This document shows positions 10,590 to 19,863 of a stretch of 64,000 bases of DNA, piece after piece (the first letter of the stretch is position 1; each line of letters begins with the position of its first letter). The notes beneath the pieces are model-generated. The model was not told the DNA's origin. It worked only from the letters and a program-made list of their open reading frames with translations, and did no database searches. Both the position numbers and the translations under genes were made by a program. The stretch comes from an uncultured Chloroflexia bacterium (GTDB taxonomy: Bacteria; Chloroflexota; Limnocylindria; QHBO01): contig CAWGTN010000002.1 of assembly GCA_963825525.1 (NCBI GenBank), forward strand, positions 1,664,001 through 1,728,000, in the 5' to 3' direction.

Positions 10590-11199
10590 GCTTGACGACG
10601 ATACGCTCGATCACGTTGGCCACGTCCTCGCACGAGTCGATGGTGTCCTCGAGCAGCGCGTAGAGATCCTTCCACTTGATGATCTCGAGCGTCTCGTTGC
10701 CGTTCGTGAAGAGGTCGGCGATGGCCTGCCGGACGAGGCGGTCGCCGTCGTTCTCGAGCCGATGGATCTCGATCCAATGCGGCCCGACATTCTTGAAGCC
10801 CTTGAGCTTCTGCAGGGCGCGGACGATCTCCTCGACCTGTTTCACGATGATCTCGGCTTGGTCGTGCGCCGTCTGCGTCGGCGCCTCGATCTTGTAGAGG
10901 ATGCAGGTGTCCGCAACTTCCTCGATGAAGTCGAGGACGTCGTCCAGCCGGCTGATCAGCTGGTGGATGTCCTCGCGGTCGAACGGCGTGACGAACGTGT
11001 TCTCGAGCTTGTGGCCGATGTCGTGGCTGAGCCCGTCGCCCTTGCGCTCGAGCTCACGGAGCTGGATGGCGATCCGCTCCCGCTGGTCGTAATTTCGGAA
11101 GAACTCCTCGAGCAACCGTGCCGCGACCAGGACGTTCTGGCCGTCGTCGACGAAGAGCTCGAAGAACTTCTCTTCGCGAGGAATGAACGGTAGTCGCAT
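10582..11199 (-). CDS. DUF47 phosphate transport regulator (PhoU-like), partner of pit
   Basis: MRLPFIPREEKFFELF, FVTPFDREDI, LENDGD, IIKWKDLY...DSCEDVAN. Confidence 0.93.
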   Translation of the reverse strand: MRLPFIPREEKFFELFVDDGQNVLVAARLLEEFFRNYDQRERIAIQLRELERKGDGLSHDIGHKLENTFVTPFDREDIHQLISRLDDVLDFIEEVADTCILYKIEAPTQTAHDQAEIIVKQVEEIVRALQKLKGFKNVGPHWIEIHRLENDGDRLVRQAIADLFTNGNETLEIIKWKDLYALLEDTIDSCEDVANVIERIVVKHA

Positions 11200-11306
11200 G
11201 AGCGATGGACTCTCCAGCCGGGCGCTGTCGGCGGCGGTCGCGTCGCCGCCCTTGAGCACAGCGGCAGCGTACATGCTCGTGGCCCTCCGTGAGCCAACGC
11301 GGTGCG

Positions 11307-11338
11307 GGGCCGGCCGGCCCTGATCGGCCGGCCGGCCC
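11307..11338 (-). terminator. GC-rich hairpin downstream of the small Cys-rich ORF
   Basis: GGGCCGGCCGGCC-ctgatc-GGCCGGCCGGCCC, 13-bp perfect stem; no U-tract. Confidence 0.55.
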
Positions 11339-11347
11339 TTCAGTGGT

Positions 11348-11410
11348 TCAGCAGCCGCAGGATCCAGCGTCACAGCAGCCATCACCGCAGCAGTCGTCGT
11401 TGCGTCGCAT
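11348..11410 (-). CDS. Small Cys-rich peptide MRRNDDCCGDGCCDAGSCGC (metallothionein-like)
   Basis: Strong SD (GGGAGGTGA) about 5 nt upstream of ATG 11410; 6 Cys in 20 aa; hairpin downstream; divergent from arsR. Confidence 0.65.
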   Translation of the reverse strand: MRRNDDCCGDGCCDAGSCGC

Positions 11411-11448
11411 CTTCATCACCTCCCTTCTCGGGTGTGCAATCCATGGAG

Positions 11449-11470
11449 CATATAGATGGTTGTCAATATG
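11449..11470. promoter_or_regulatory. Putative ArsR/SmtB operator
   Basis: CATATaGA-tggttg-TCaATATG inverted repeat in an AT-rich divergent region; TATACT -10 box before arsR. Confidence 0.7.
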
Positions 11471-11498
11471 GACCGATATCGATATACTCGCAACTGAC

Positions 11499-11789
11499 AT
11501 GAGCCGCTCCGATCCCGATATCACGTTCCTGTCCGCCCTGGCGGACCCCGTGCGCCTCTCGTTCGTCCGCCAGCTTGCCGCCGGGGACGGCGTGTGCGCC
11601 TGCGACTTCAGCGAGTGCTGCTCGGTCAGCCAGCCGACGATCAGCCACCACCTCAAGGTGCTGCGCGACGCCGGCGTGGTGACGAGCGAGCGGCGGGGCA
11701 CGAACATCGTCTATTCGCTGTCGCCCGACTTCGGCCGACGCTGGAGCGACATGGGGGCGAGCCTGGCCGGTCTGGTCCAGCTGGCGTGA
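11499..11789 (+). CDS. arsR: ArsR/SmtB family metalloregulator
   Basis: ALADPVRL, GVCACDFSECC, SQPTISHHLKVLRDAG, ERRG. Confidence 0.9.
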   Translation: MSRSDPDITFLSALADPVRLSFVRQLAAGDGVCACDFSECCSVSQPTISHHLKVLRDAGVVTSERRGTNIVYSLSPDFGRRWSDMGASLAGLVQLA

Positions 11790-11806
11790 AACATGAGGGA
11801 GAACCG

Positions 11807-12619
11807 ATGACCGAGCCGATCCACGAGCTTGTGCGGGAGCGTTATGCCCTGGCCGCGAACCAGGCGGCCAGCGGCTCCGGAGCGTGCTGTGGGCCCGAGG
11901 AGGGCATCGGCGCCGGCCTGTACAGCGCGCTCGAACGCGACGAGCTGCCCGAGGCGGCGGTGCTGGCTTCGCTGGGATGTGGCAATCCGACCGCGGTGGC
12001 GGACCTGCGTCCGGGGGAGCGGGTGCTCGACCTCGGGTCGGGCGGCGGAATCGATGTCCTGCTGTCGGCGAAACGGGTTGGGGCAGCGGGCCGTGCGTTC
12101 GGCCTCGACATGACCGACGAGATGCTCGCCCTCGCACAGCGCAACGCCGCGGCCAGCGGAGCCACGAACGTCGAGTTCCTCAAGGGCCAGATCGAGGCGA
12201 TTCCGCTCCCGGCCGCGTCGATCGACGTGGTCATCAGCAACTGCGTCGTGAACCTGGCCGCCGACAAGGGCGCCGTGTTCAGTGAGATCGCCCGTGTCCT
12301 GCGCCCCGGGGGCCGCATCGGCATCACCGACATCGTGGCCGAGGACACGCTGAGCCCCGAGCAGCGAGCGGAACGCGGCTCCTACGTCGGGTGCATCGCG
12401 GGCGCGCTTTCGTACGCCGAGTTCGAAACGGGCCTGCGCCAGGCCGGGCTGATCGACATCTCCCTGACGACGACCCACCAGGTCGCCGACGGCATGCACA
12501 GTGTCATCGCCCGAGCCACGAAGCCGATGCAATCCGCGGCAGATGCGCCGGCCCTGTCCGAGCTTCCGCTGGCCGTCGATGGCTGTGGCTGCGGAAGCGC
12601 ATCGGGCGGTTGCTGCTGA
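11807..12619 (+). CDS. arsM: Arsenite S-adenosylmethionine methyltransferase
   Basis: VRERY, ACCG, ASLGCGNP, LDLGSGGGID, ISNCVVNL, GCIAGA; Cys-rich C-terminal tail. Confidence 0.92.
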   Translation: MTEPIHELVRERYALAANQAASGSGACCGPEEGIGAGLYSALERDELPEAAVLASLGCGNPTAVADLRPGERVLDLGSGGGIDVLLSAKRVGAAGRAFGLDMTDEMLALAQRNAAASGATNVEFLKGQIEAIPLPAASIDVVISNCVVNLAADKGAVFSEIARVLRPGGRIGITDIVAEDTLSPEQRAERGSYVGCIAGALSYAEFETGLRQAGLIDISLTTTHQVADGMHSVIARATKPMQSAADAPALSELPLAVDGCGCGSASGGCC

Positions 12620-12650
12620 ACCTCCGGTTGTCTCCTACAATCGGCGGCCC

Positions 12651-13922
12651 GTGACCGACTCCGAGCGACCCTCCTACCTCGCCCTGCTGCGCGTCCCCAC
12701 CCTGGCGCGCGTGCTGGTCTCGATGCAGATCGCCCGCATCGCCCAGTCGATGGTCGGCGTGGCCATTGTCCTCTTCACCCTGGGCCGATACGGATCGCCC
12801 GCGTTCGCCGGGCTGGTGACGCTCGCGAGCATCCTGCCCGGCCTGCTGGTGAGCCCCATCGCCGGCGCGCTGCTCGACCGCCACGGTCGCATTCGCCTGG
12901 TGATCCTGGACTACGTGGTGGCGCTGATGGCCATGGGGCTCATCGCCGCCCTCGCGCTCGCCGATGCGCTGCCCGGCCCCGTGCTCGTCCTCATCGCGGT
13001 CGTCTCGTCGCTGACGTCCATCCTCAGCCATGTCGGCCTCCGGTCGCTCTTTCCGATCCTGGTCCCCGAGCCGCTCTGGGAGCGAGTCAATGCCGTCGAC
13101 TCCAACGGTTACGTGGTGGCGACCATCGTGGGGCCGCCGCTGGCGGCGGCCATGGTCGCGCTGCTCGGCGGCCCGACCGCGCTGCTCTTCATCGGCCTGG
13201 CGTTCGGCATCGCCGCCGCGGCGCTGCTCGGTGTCCCCGATCCCGCCTCGCCGGTGGCCACGACGGGGCGCATCCTGGCCGACGCGTGGGGCGGCATCCA
13301 ATACACGTGGCGCAACCGGACGTTGCGCGGCCTGGGCTTCGCCGTCACCTTCGGCAATCTCGCCCACGGCATGACGGCGATCGTGCTGCCGTTGATCGTT
13401 CTTCAGCGATTCGGGATGGGTGAGACGGTCGTCGGGCTGGTCTTCGCCGTATCGGGAATATCGGGCGTGGTCTCAGCCTTCCTGTTCGGCCGGATGGACA
13501 CTCGCGGACGGGAATGGTCGATGCTCGTGTGGCCGATGGTGGCGCTCGTGCCGACCGTGGCGCTGCTGCTCATCGCGGCCGGGCAGCCTCCGCTGCCGGT
13601 CGGCCTGGGACTGGTCGTGGCCGAGATGCTCCTCGTGGGACTGCTCATCGGGCCCATGGACATCGCCCTCTTCACGGTGCGCCAGCGGCGAACGGATCGC
13701 GAGTGGATGGGCCGCGCCTTCTCCGTGTCGATGGCGTTCAACTACCTGGGTGTGCCGATCGGCGCCGCCGTCGCCGGGCTCCTGGCCGAAACCTCGATCG
13801 AGCTCGCGATCCTGGTGCTCGGCATCGGCGGTGCGACGGCCTCGGCGATCGCCGCCGCCACCCTGGTGCCCCGCAACGAGCCACCACGAGGCCAACCACT
13901 CGTCGAGCAGACGACCGGTTAG
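12651..13922 (+). CDS. MFS transporter (DHA3-like)
   Basis: Multiple hydrophobic segments, motif A GALLDRHGR; GTG start preceded by TACAAT. Confidence 0.85.
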   Translation: MTDSERPSYLALLRVPTLARVLVSMQIARIAQSMVGVAIVLFTLGRYGSPAFAGLVTLASILPGLLVSPIAGALLDRHGRIRLVILDYVVALMAMGLIAALALADALPGPVLVLIAVVSSLTSILSHVGLRSLFPILVPEPLWERVNAVDSNGYVVATIVGPPLAAAMVALLGGPTALLFIGLAFGIAAAALLGVPDPASPVATTGRILADAWGGIQYTWRNRTLRGLGFAVTFGNLAHGMTAIVLPLIVLQRFGMGETVVGLVFAVSGISGVVSAFLFGRMDTRGREWSMLVWPMVALVPTVALLLIAAGQPPLPVGLGLVVAEMLLVGLLIGPMDIALFTVRQRRTDREWMGRAFSVSMAFNYLGVPIGAAVAGLLAETSIELAILVLGIGGATASAIAAATLVPRNEPPRGQPLVEQTTG

Positions 13923-14233
13923 GCCACCCCGAGCAGCCGCGCGATGGCTGCGGACGCCGCGGCCACCACCACGACCAGCAGGATGGGAGCGCGGAGCGCG
14001 ATGGCGAGCGCCGCAGCCCCGACCCCGATGATCCGTGCGTCGAGCACCAGCTCCTGCCCCTGTCCGATTGCCGCTGTCGCGACGAGGGCGGCCAGCAGGG
14101 CGGGCGCGAGCAGCGCAACGACGCCCTGGACGCGGGCCGGAAGTGCGCGTCCGCCGAGCAGGACCGGTCCCGCGGACTTGATCACGACCGTGCCGAGTCC
14201 GACGAGCAGCACGACCATCCACGATGCGCTCAT
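13919..14233 (-). CDS. azlD: AzlD family branched-chain amino acid export small subunit
   Basis: MSASWMVVLLVGLGTVVIKSAG...LAPALLAALV; overlaps the azlC stop. Confidence 0.8.
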   Translation of the reverse strand: MSASWMVVLLVGLGTVVIKSAGPVLLGGRALPARVQGVVALLAPALLAALVATAAIGQGQELVLDARIIGVGAAALAIALRAPILLVVVVAAASAAIARLLGVA

Positions 14234-14901
14234 CGGCGTCGGAGCCCGACGAGCGCGCCGGCGGCCGCAGCGATGATCGGCACGCCGGGCGGTGTGAAGG
14301 GGACCAGCGAGAGGGCGATGACCGCCCCGGCCAGTGCGGCGACCACCGAGGTTCGCCGGGTCAGCTGCGGTACCAGGAGCGCGAGGAAGAGCGCCGGAAA
14401 TGCTGCGTCGAGACCCAACGCAGCCGGGTCGCCCAGTGCCTCGCCGCCGATCACCCCCACGACCGTGCCGCCCACCCAGGCCAGCCACAGAACCGTGCCG
14501 GCGCCGATGAGCCGATCCCCGTCGAATTCACCGCCGCCGCGTGCAGCTATCGCCCACGATTCGTCCACGACCAGCTGGCCCTGGGCAAAGCGCGCCAGCC
14601 GTCCGCCGTGGAGGAAGCGCGCCACGCTGATCCCGATCGGGAGGTAGCGCGCGTTGAGCAGGAGCGCGGCCGCGATCGCCGCGATCGGCTGCCCTCCGGC
14701 GCCAAGGATCGCCGCAGCCGCGAACTGGGCGGAGCCGGCAAAGGTGGTCATGCTCATGACCACCGCGGGCAGCGCTCCCAGCCCTCCGCTTGCTGCCGAC
14801 AGCACGCCGAAGGAGACGCCGAACAGCGCCACCGCCACGGCCAGCGGAACCGCCGTGACGGCCCCGCGACGAAGTTCCCCACGGCTCGTGCTGCTCGTCA
14901 T
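14230..14901 (-). CDS. azlC: AzlC family branched-chain amino acid permease
   Basis: FAGSAQFAA, LLNARY, VDESWA, GLDAAFPALF. Confidence 0.9.
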   Translation of the reverse strand: MTSSTSRGELRRGAVTAVPLAVAVALFGVSFGVLSAASGGLGALPAVVMSMTTFAGSAQFAAAAILGAGGQPIAAIAAALLLNARYLPIGISVARFLHGGRLARFAQGQLVVDESWAIAARGGGEFDGDRLIGAGTVLWLAWVGGTVVGVIGGEALGDPAALGLDAAFPALFLALLVPQLTRRTSVVAALAGAVIALSLVPFTPPGVPIIAAAAGALVGLRRR

Positions 14902-15064
14902 CCGGTCCTCGTCCTCATGCTTCGAGCGTACGCTACGCGCCGACCGGCCAGCGCGAGGTTGAGCTCAGCGGCCATTGGCCATGGAGCCGGCAGGCGGTGA
15001 CCGACGAAGCGGCCCCGGGTCAGGCATCGGTCGGCCCCGGGGCGGGTGGGCTAGCATCGGTCGC

Positions 15065-15664
15065 GTGAGCTGGATCGAACGCATCGGGTACGACGCCGCC
15101 ACGGGGCGGCTGCGCGCGATCTACGACCGCATCAAGGGGCCGCGCGGGGAGCTCGACAACATCCTGACCGTCCACAGTCTGCGTCCGCACACTCTCGAAG
15201 GGCACATGGCCCTCTACAAGAACGTCCTCCACCACACCGGCAACACGCTGCCCACCTGGTGGCTCGAGGTCATCGGCGTCTACGTCAGCCTGCTCAATCG
15301 CTGCGACTACTGCGTCGATCATCACTTCGCCGGCCTGCGACGCCTGCTGGCCGATGACGACCGTGCATCGGCCATTCGCGCCTCGCTCGAGGCCGATGCG
15401 CCCGATGCCTTCGACCCACGCCAGTTCGCGATGCTGGCGTACGCCCGGCGGCTGACCCTGGATCCGTCCGAGGTCACCTCCGCTGATCTCGATCGGCTGC
15501 GCGCTGCCGGCATCGACGACGGCCAGATCCTGGAGGTCAACCAGGTCACCGCCTACTTCGCCTATGCCAACCGCACGGTCCAGGGGCTTGGCGTCACCAC
15601 CGATGGCGATGTCCTGGGCCTCTCGCCCGAGGATGGAGACGCGGCCGAGTGGCACCACGCGTGA
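15065..15664 (+). CDS. Peroxidase-related AhpD/carboxymuconolactone decarboxylase family protein
   Basis: DNILTVHSLRP, VSLLNRCDYCVDHH, AYFAYANR. Confidence 0.87.
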   Translation: MSWIERIGYDAATGRLRAIYDRIKGPRGELDNILTVHSLRPHTLEGHMALYKNVLHHTGNTLPTWWLEVIGVYVSLLNRCDYCVDHHFAGLRRLLADDDRASAIRASLEADAPDAFDPRQFAMLAYARRLTLDPSEVTSADLDRLRAAGIDDGQILEVNQVTAYFAYANRTVQGLGVTTDGDVLGLSPEDGDAAEWHHA

Positions 15665-16851
15665 CCCCACATTCGTACCTGGCCGGTCTCGAGTGCTCTG
15701 CCTGTGGTGTCGGCGCGTCGGCGGACGAGGTCGCGGGCCTGTGCGCGTCCTGCGGCAAGGTCATGTTCGCCCGCTACGACCTCGAGGCTCTGCGCGCGGA
15801 CATGCCGAGCCCGGACTTCGGTGGCCGCGACCGGACGCTGTGGCGCTACCGTGAGCTGTTGCCGGTCCAAGACGAGGCGTTCGCACGGACGCTGGGCGAG
15901 GGCGGCACGCCACTCCTCTCCCTGGGCGAGGCCGCTCGTGCCGCGGCCGGCATGGAGCGTGGCGAGCTGCTCGTGAAGGACGAGGGCGTCAACCCGACGG
16001 GCTCGTTCAAGGCTCGCGGCCTGGCGGTCGCGGTGGCTCGAGCGGCGGAGCTGGGCATCCGGCACGTCGCGCTTCCGTCAGCCGGGAATGCCGGTGGAGC
16101 CGCGGCTGCGTACGCGGCGGCGCATGGCATCGGCTGCCACGTCGCAATGCCCGCCGACGCACCGATCATCAACCAGCAGGAGGTGGAGCTGTACGGCGGC
16201 GAGCTCATCCTGGTCGACGGCCTGATCGACGCAGCCGGGCGCCTGATCCGCGAGCGTGCCGCCAGCGAGGGCTGGTTCGACCTTTCGACGCTGAAGGAGC
16301 CCTACCGGGCGGAGGGCAAGAAGACGATGGGGATCGAGCTGGCCGAAGCGGGTGGCTGGGGAGACGCCTGGTGCCCGGACGTGGTCGTCTATCCGACCGG
16401 TGGCGGGACCGGCATCGTCGGCATGTGGAAGGCATTCGATGAGCTGCAGCGGCTCGGGTGGATCGGGTCGGGCCGGCCGCGGATGGTGGTCGTGCAGTCG
16501 ACGGGCTGCGCACCGATCGTTCGCGCATTCGAGACCGGAGCCGACCACGCGGAGCCCTGGACGGATGCGAGGACGTTCGCCTCGGGCATTCGCGTTCCGG
16601 CGGCCATCGGCGACTACCTGATTCTGCGGGCAGTTCGGGACGGCGGCGGGACGGCGGTCACGGTGACGGACGACCAGATCGCGGATGCGCAGCGGGTCAT
16701 CGGCCGGCTGACGGGCATCAATGCGGCACCCGAGGGCGCGGCGACCTTTGCCGCTCTGGCCGGCCTTCGCGCATCGGGCTTTCTGGGCGGCACGGAGCGC
16801 GTCGTCCTGTTCAACACCGGCACCGGGATGAAGTATCCGGCTGCGGTCTGA
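15661..16851 (+). CDS. thrC: Threonine synthase (PLP-dependent)
   Basis: N-terminal CxxC...CxxC, TLGEGGTPL, NPTGSFKARG, PSAGNAG, EPYRAEGKKT, YPTGGGTG, FNTGTGMKY. Confidence 0.87.
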   Translation: MTPHSYLAGLECSACGVGASADEVAGLCASCGKVMFARYDLEALRADMPSPDFGGRDRTLWRYRELLPVQDEAFARTLGEGGTPLLSLGEAARAAAGMERGELLVKDEGVNPTGSFKARGLAVAVARAAELGIRHVALPSAGNAGGAAAAYAAAHGIGCHVAMPADAPIINQQEVELYGGELILVDGLIDAAGRLIRERAASEGWFDLSTLKEPYRAEGKKTMGIELAEAGGWGDAWCPDVVVYPTGGGTGIVGMWKAFDELQRLGWIGSGRPRMVVVQSTGCAPIVRAFETGADHAEPWTDARTFASGIRVPAAIGDYLILRAVRDGGGTAVTVTDDQIADAQRVIGRLTGINAAPEGAATFAALAGLRASGFLGGTERVVLFNTGTGMKYPAAV

Positions 16852-17011
16852 TCGGTAGCCGGCCGGTGCCTGCTGGCACCGCGGAGGCCGCGGTCGGGTG
16901 GCACGTCCCCGCCAACGGGTGCAGACTGGATGCCTCTCACAACTTCCGCACCGGACCGCACTGCCCGCGGCCGTGGCTGCGGACCCCTCGCGACCCAGGA
17001 GGAATGCTCGG

Positions 17012-18565
17012 ATGGATGTTCGCCCATTGAATCGCCGAGGCGGCAGCCGAAGGACGGCCGTCGCGCTTGCCATGGCGCTCGCCGTCGCGATGCCCGCATC
17101 GGCACTCGGTGACCACGGCCACCCCAACCCGGCGCCATACGTGGCCCTCACGGCCGCCGCGGGCGCAGGTCAGATCGTGCCGCTGATCAACAGCGGCGAC
17201 GTCTACGGTGGCGTCACGTTCGAAGGGATCCCCGATGGCATCGGCGCCGTGCCCGGCACCGGGACCGTCGACCTCTACGTTGCCCACGAGCAGTCGCACG
17301 TGCCCTTCAGCGGGTTCGCCGACTTCCAGGACTCGTCGGTGTCAAAGGTCACCGTCGACCTTGCGCATAAGCAGGTCGTCGGCCTGGACGTGGCACTCTC
17401 GCCCGACCTCGGGTTCCTCCGATTCTGCTCGGCCTTCATGGCAGGACCCGCGGAGGGCTTCTCGGACTACACGTTCTTCGTGAACGAGGAGACCACTGAC
17501 ATCGTCCCGGTCCCGGCAGGCGCCCCGTATGGATCGGATCCGGCCGTTGCGCCGTACCGCCAGGGTGGCTACGCGGCCGCGCTGAGCACGACCACCGGCG
17601 AGGTCACCGCGCTGAGCCGCATGGGCCGACACAACCACGAGAACACCGTGTTCGTGCCTGGTGGCTGGAACAAGACCGCGGCGCTCTCGGGCGACGACAC
17701 CTTCACGGCGCCGTCGTCGCAGCTCTACCTGCACACCGCCAATGATCCGGACCAGGTCCTGTCCGACAAGGGACAGCTCTGGGCCTTCCAGGTCACGGCC
17801 GCCAATGGCCGCAAGGTCAAGCCCAACGATCCGTTCAACAACGCGAACGACTACCTCGAGATCAATCCGGGAGACTCGTTCAGCGGCCAGTTCATCCATG
17901 TCCCGACCGCCATCGCGCGCGGGCTGACCAACGAGGCGCCGCAGGATGCCCTCGAGAACTGGTCGAATGAGAACAACGTGTTCCAGTTCGTCCGGGTCGA
18001 GGACATCGACTACGACCCCGACGATCCGCGAACCGTCTACTTCGCCGACACCGGCACCACGCGCCTCTCCGAGAATCCCGACACGGGGCGGCTCGAGCGG
18101 CTCGCAACGGGCGGCACCAACTCGAACGGCCGCATCTTCAAGATGGTCCTGAACAAGAAGGATCCCCGCATCGTCGACTCGCTGACGATCCTGGTGGATG
18201 GCAACGACATCCCGGCCGCGCAGGGTGGACCGATGCGCAACCCCGACAACCTCGATGTCGGACACAACAGCATCATGGTCCAGGAGGACGCGAGCAACGC
18301 CAAGGTCTGGCGTTACAACATGTCGACCGGCGCCTGGTCGCACGTTGCGTCGGCGACTCAGCCGAGCGCCGAGACCAGCGGCATCCTGGATGTCTCCGAC
18401 ATCTTCGGAGCGGGCTGGTGGGCTCTCGATGTCCAGTCCCATGTCAACCAGTCCGTCGGCACCGTCGATCTGACGTACACGCCGCCGCTGGGCGGTGACA
18501 CGCTGACGTACCGAGAGCGCCGCGAGGACGGCCAGCTGCTGCTGATGCAGATCCCCGGCAGCTGA
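17012..18565 (+). CDS. Secreted PhoX-like (DUF839) alkaline phosphatase
   Basis: AGGAGG SD; RR-containing signal peptide ending ASA; PDGIG, RFCS, GRHNHEN, RVEDI, NPDNL, QED, ETSG motifs. Confidence 0.75.
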   Translation: MDVRPLNRRGGSRRTAVALAMALAVAMPASALGDHGHPNPAPYVALTAAAGAGQIVPLINSGDVYGGVTFEGIPDGIGAVPGTGTVDLYVAHEQSHVPFSGFADFQDSSVSKVTVDLAHKQVVGLDVALSPDLGFLRFCSAFMAGPAEGFSDYTFFVNEETTDIVPVPAGAPYGSDPAVAPYRQGGYAAALSTTTGEVTALSRMGRHNHENTVFVPGGWNKTAALSGDDTFTAPSSQLYLHTANDPDQVLSDKGQLWAFQVTAANGRKVKPNDPFNNANDYLEINPGDSFSGQFIHVPTAIARGLTNEAPQDALENWSNENNVFQFVRVEDIDYDPDDPRTVYFADTGTTRLSENPDTGRLERLATGGTNSNGRIFKMVLNKKDPRIVDSLTILVDGNDIPAAQGGPMRNPDNLDVGHNSIMVQEDASNAKVWRYNMSTGAWSHVASATQPSAETSGILDVSDIFGAGWWALDVQSHVNQSVGTVDLTYTPPLGGDTLTYRERREDGQLLLMQIPGS

Positions 18566-18589
18566 CGCGCTTCGCGTTCCGCGTCTGAC

Positions 18590-18620
18590 AGAGCCGCCCG
18601 GTCCGCCGGGCGGCTCTTCT
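18590..18620. terminator. Intrinsic terminator between the phoX-like gene and tRNA-Lys
   Basis: AGAGCCGCCCGG-tccg-CCGGGCGGCTCT followed by TCT. Confidence 0.7.
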
Positions 18621-18649
18621 CATGTCCGGCGGTGCTTGGAGGTTCATGG

Positions 18650-18725
18650 TGGAGGGCCGTGTGGGATTCGAACCCACGACACGAGGATTAAAAGTCCCCT
18701 GCTCTAACCGCTGAGCTAACGGCCC
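18650..18725 (-). tRNA. tRNA-Lys (TTT)
   Basis: GGGCCGTTAGCTCAGCGGTTAGAGCAGGGGACTTTTAATCCTCGTGTCGTGGGTTCGAATCCCACACGGCCCTCCA. Confidence 0.97.
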
Positions 18726-18793
18726 ATTCGCCGCGCACAGTATGCCGGTGGCCGCATCCTGCCGGTCGTGATCGGATTGCTCGCTCCGATGGT

Positions 18794-19256
18794 TCAGACG
18801 CCGACATCGATCGGTGCGGCAGGCGGACCGGATTGAATGACCTCGAGGGCCAATGCGGGCAGACGTCGCGGCGCGAACTCGGTCGTTGCCTCCGCCAACT
18901 CGGCGAGCAGTCCACCACCGGATGTCATCGGTGCCATGTTCGCGGAGCGCCTCCGGGGATGGGCGAGGCTCGAACGACGCCACCCTGCCGAGATAGATCC
19001 GCTCGCTCTGGTCGAAGGTCCGCCCATGAATGACGCCGATATGTCGACGCGTCCAGATGTGCGGGCCAAGGTCCACGGCCTCGGTTCCGAGCTCCTCGTG
19101 GATCTCGCGCAGGGCAGCCGCCTCATCCGTCTCCCCAGGCTCGATCCCGCCACCCGGCGTGCACCACCATGAACGATCGCCGTCCCAGAACCGTACGAGC
19201 AGCAGCCGATCGGCGTCGTCCAGGAGCAGGACTCGTACCGCCTGCCGGCTAGTCAC
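18794..19256 (-). CDS. NUDIX hydrolase (one +1 frameshift near 18910)
   Basis: Nudix box GGGIEPGETDEAAALREIHEELG; C-terminus ...RWWT/LAELAEATTEFAPRRL continues in another frame. Confidence 0.85.
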
Positions 19257-19596
19257 GGGCCGTCCCTTCTTTGGAGGCTTCCGGCTCGACCACGAGGGTG
19301 ATGCCATCGCGTGACAGGACGTGGACCCGCTCGCCGGCATCGGCCCCGGCGTCGCACCGGGCACGCCAGGCCTCTCCGCGGACGTTGACGGCTCCGATCG
19401 GGCGGCAGGCGGTCGTGGTTCGTGCCATGGCCCCGATCAGCGCATCGGCACCGGCGGACGGTGGGTGCCTTCGCAGCAGGCGCATCCACACGACCGTCTC
19501 GGCGATCTCCGCCACCAGGCCGACGGCGATGGCGACCCAGCCCCACGGCGGTGGAAGGAGGAAGACGGCCAGAACGATCGCGACGACAACGAACAC
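19249..19596 (-). CDS. NfeD family membrane protein
   Basis: N-terminal TM helices then GADALIG...GAVNVRGEAWRARC...VHVLSRDGITLVV OB-fold signature. Confidence 0.8.
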   Translation of the reverse strand: MFVVVAIVLAVFLLPPPWGWVAIAVGLVAEIAETVVWMRLLRRHPPSAGADALIGAMARTTTACRPIGAVNVRGEAWRARCDAGADAGERVHVLSRDGITLVVEPEASKEGTARD

Positions 19597-19863
19597 GCGT
19601 TGATTGTCGCTGCTGTGCGCCCCGCCGGGCGCGCCTGGCCGCCGATAATATCGGCTGAGCGGATGGCCTGGGGGCCGCGTCGGGGCGCCGCTCACGCTCG
19701 GATGGAGCGTGAAATATCGGTCGGGAGGGCGCCCAGGGTGGGCCTGGGTCGTCATCGAGCCGAAATATCGGCGGCTGGCGCCGAGTCAGAACGGTTCCGC
19801 ATCGGTCCCCTAGTATCGTCGGCGGGTTGGGTCACCGACCCCAACCCCTTCAGGGAGGATCGA

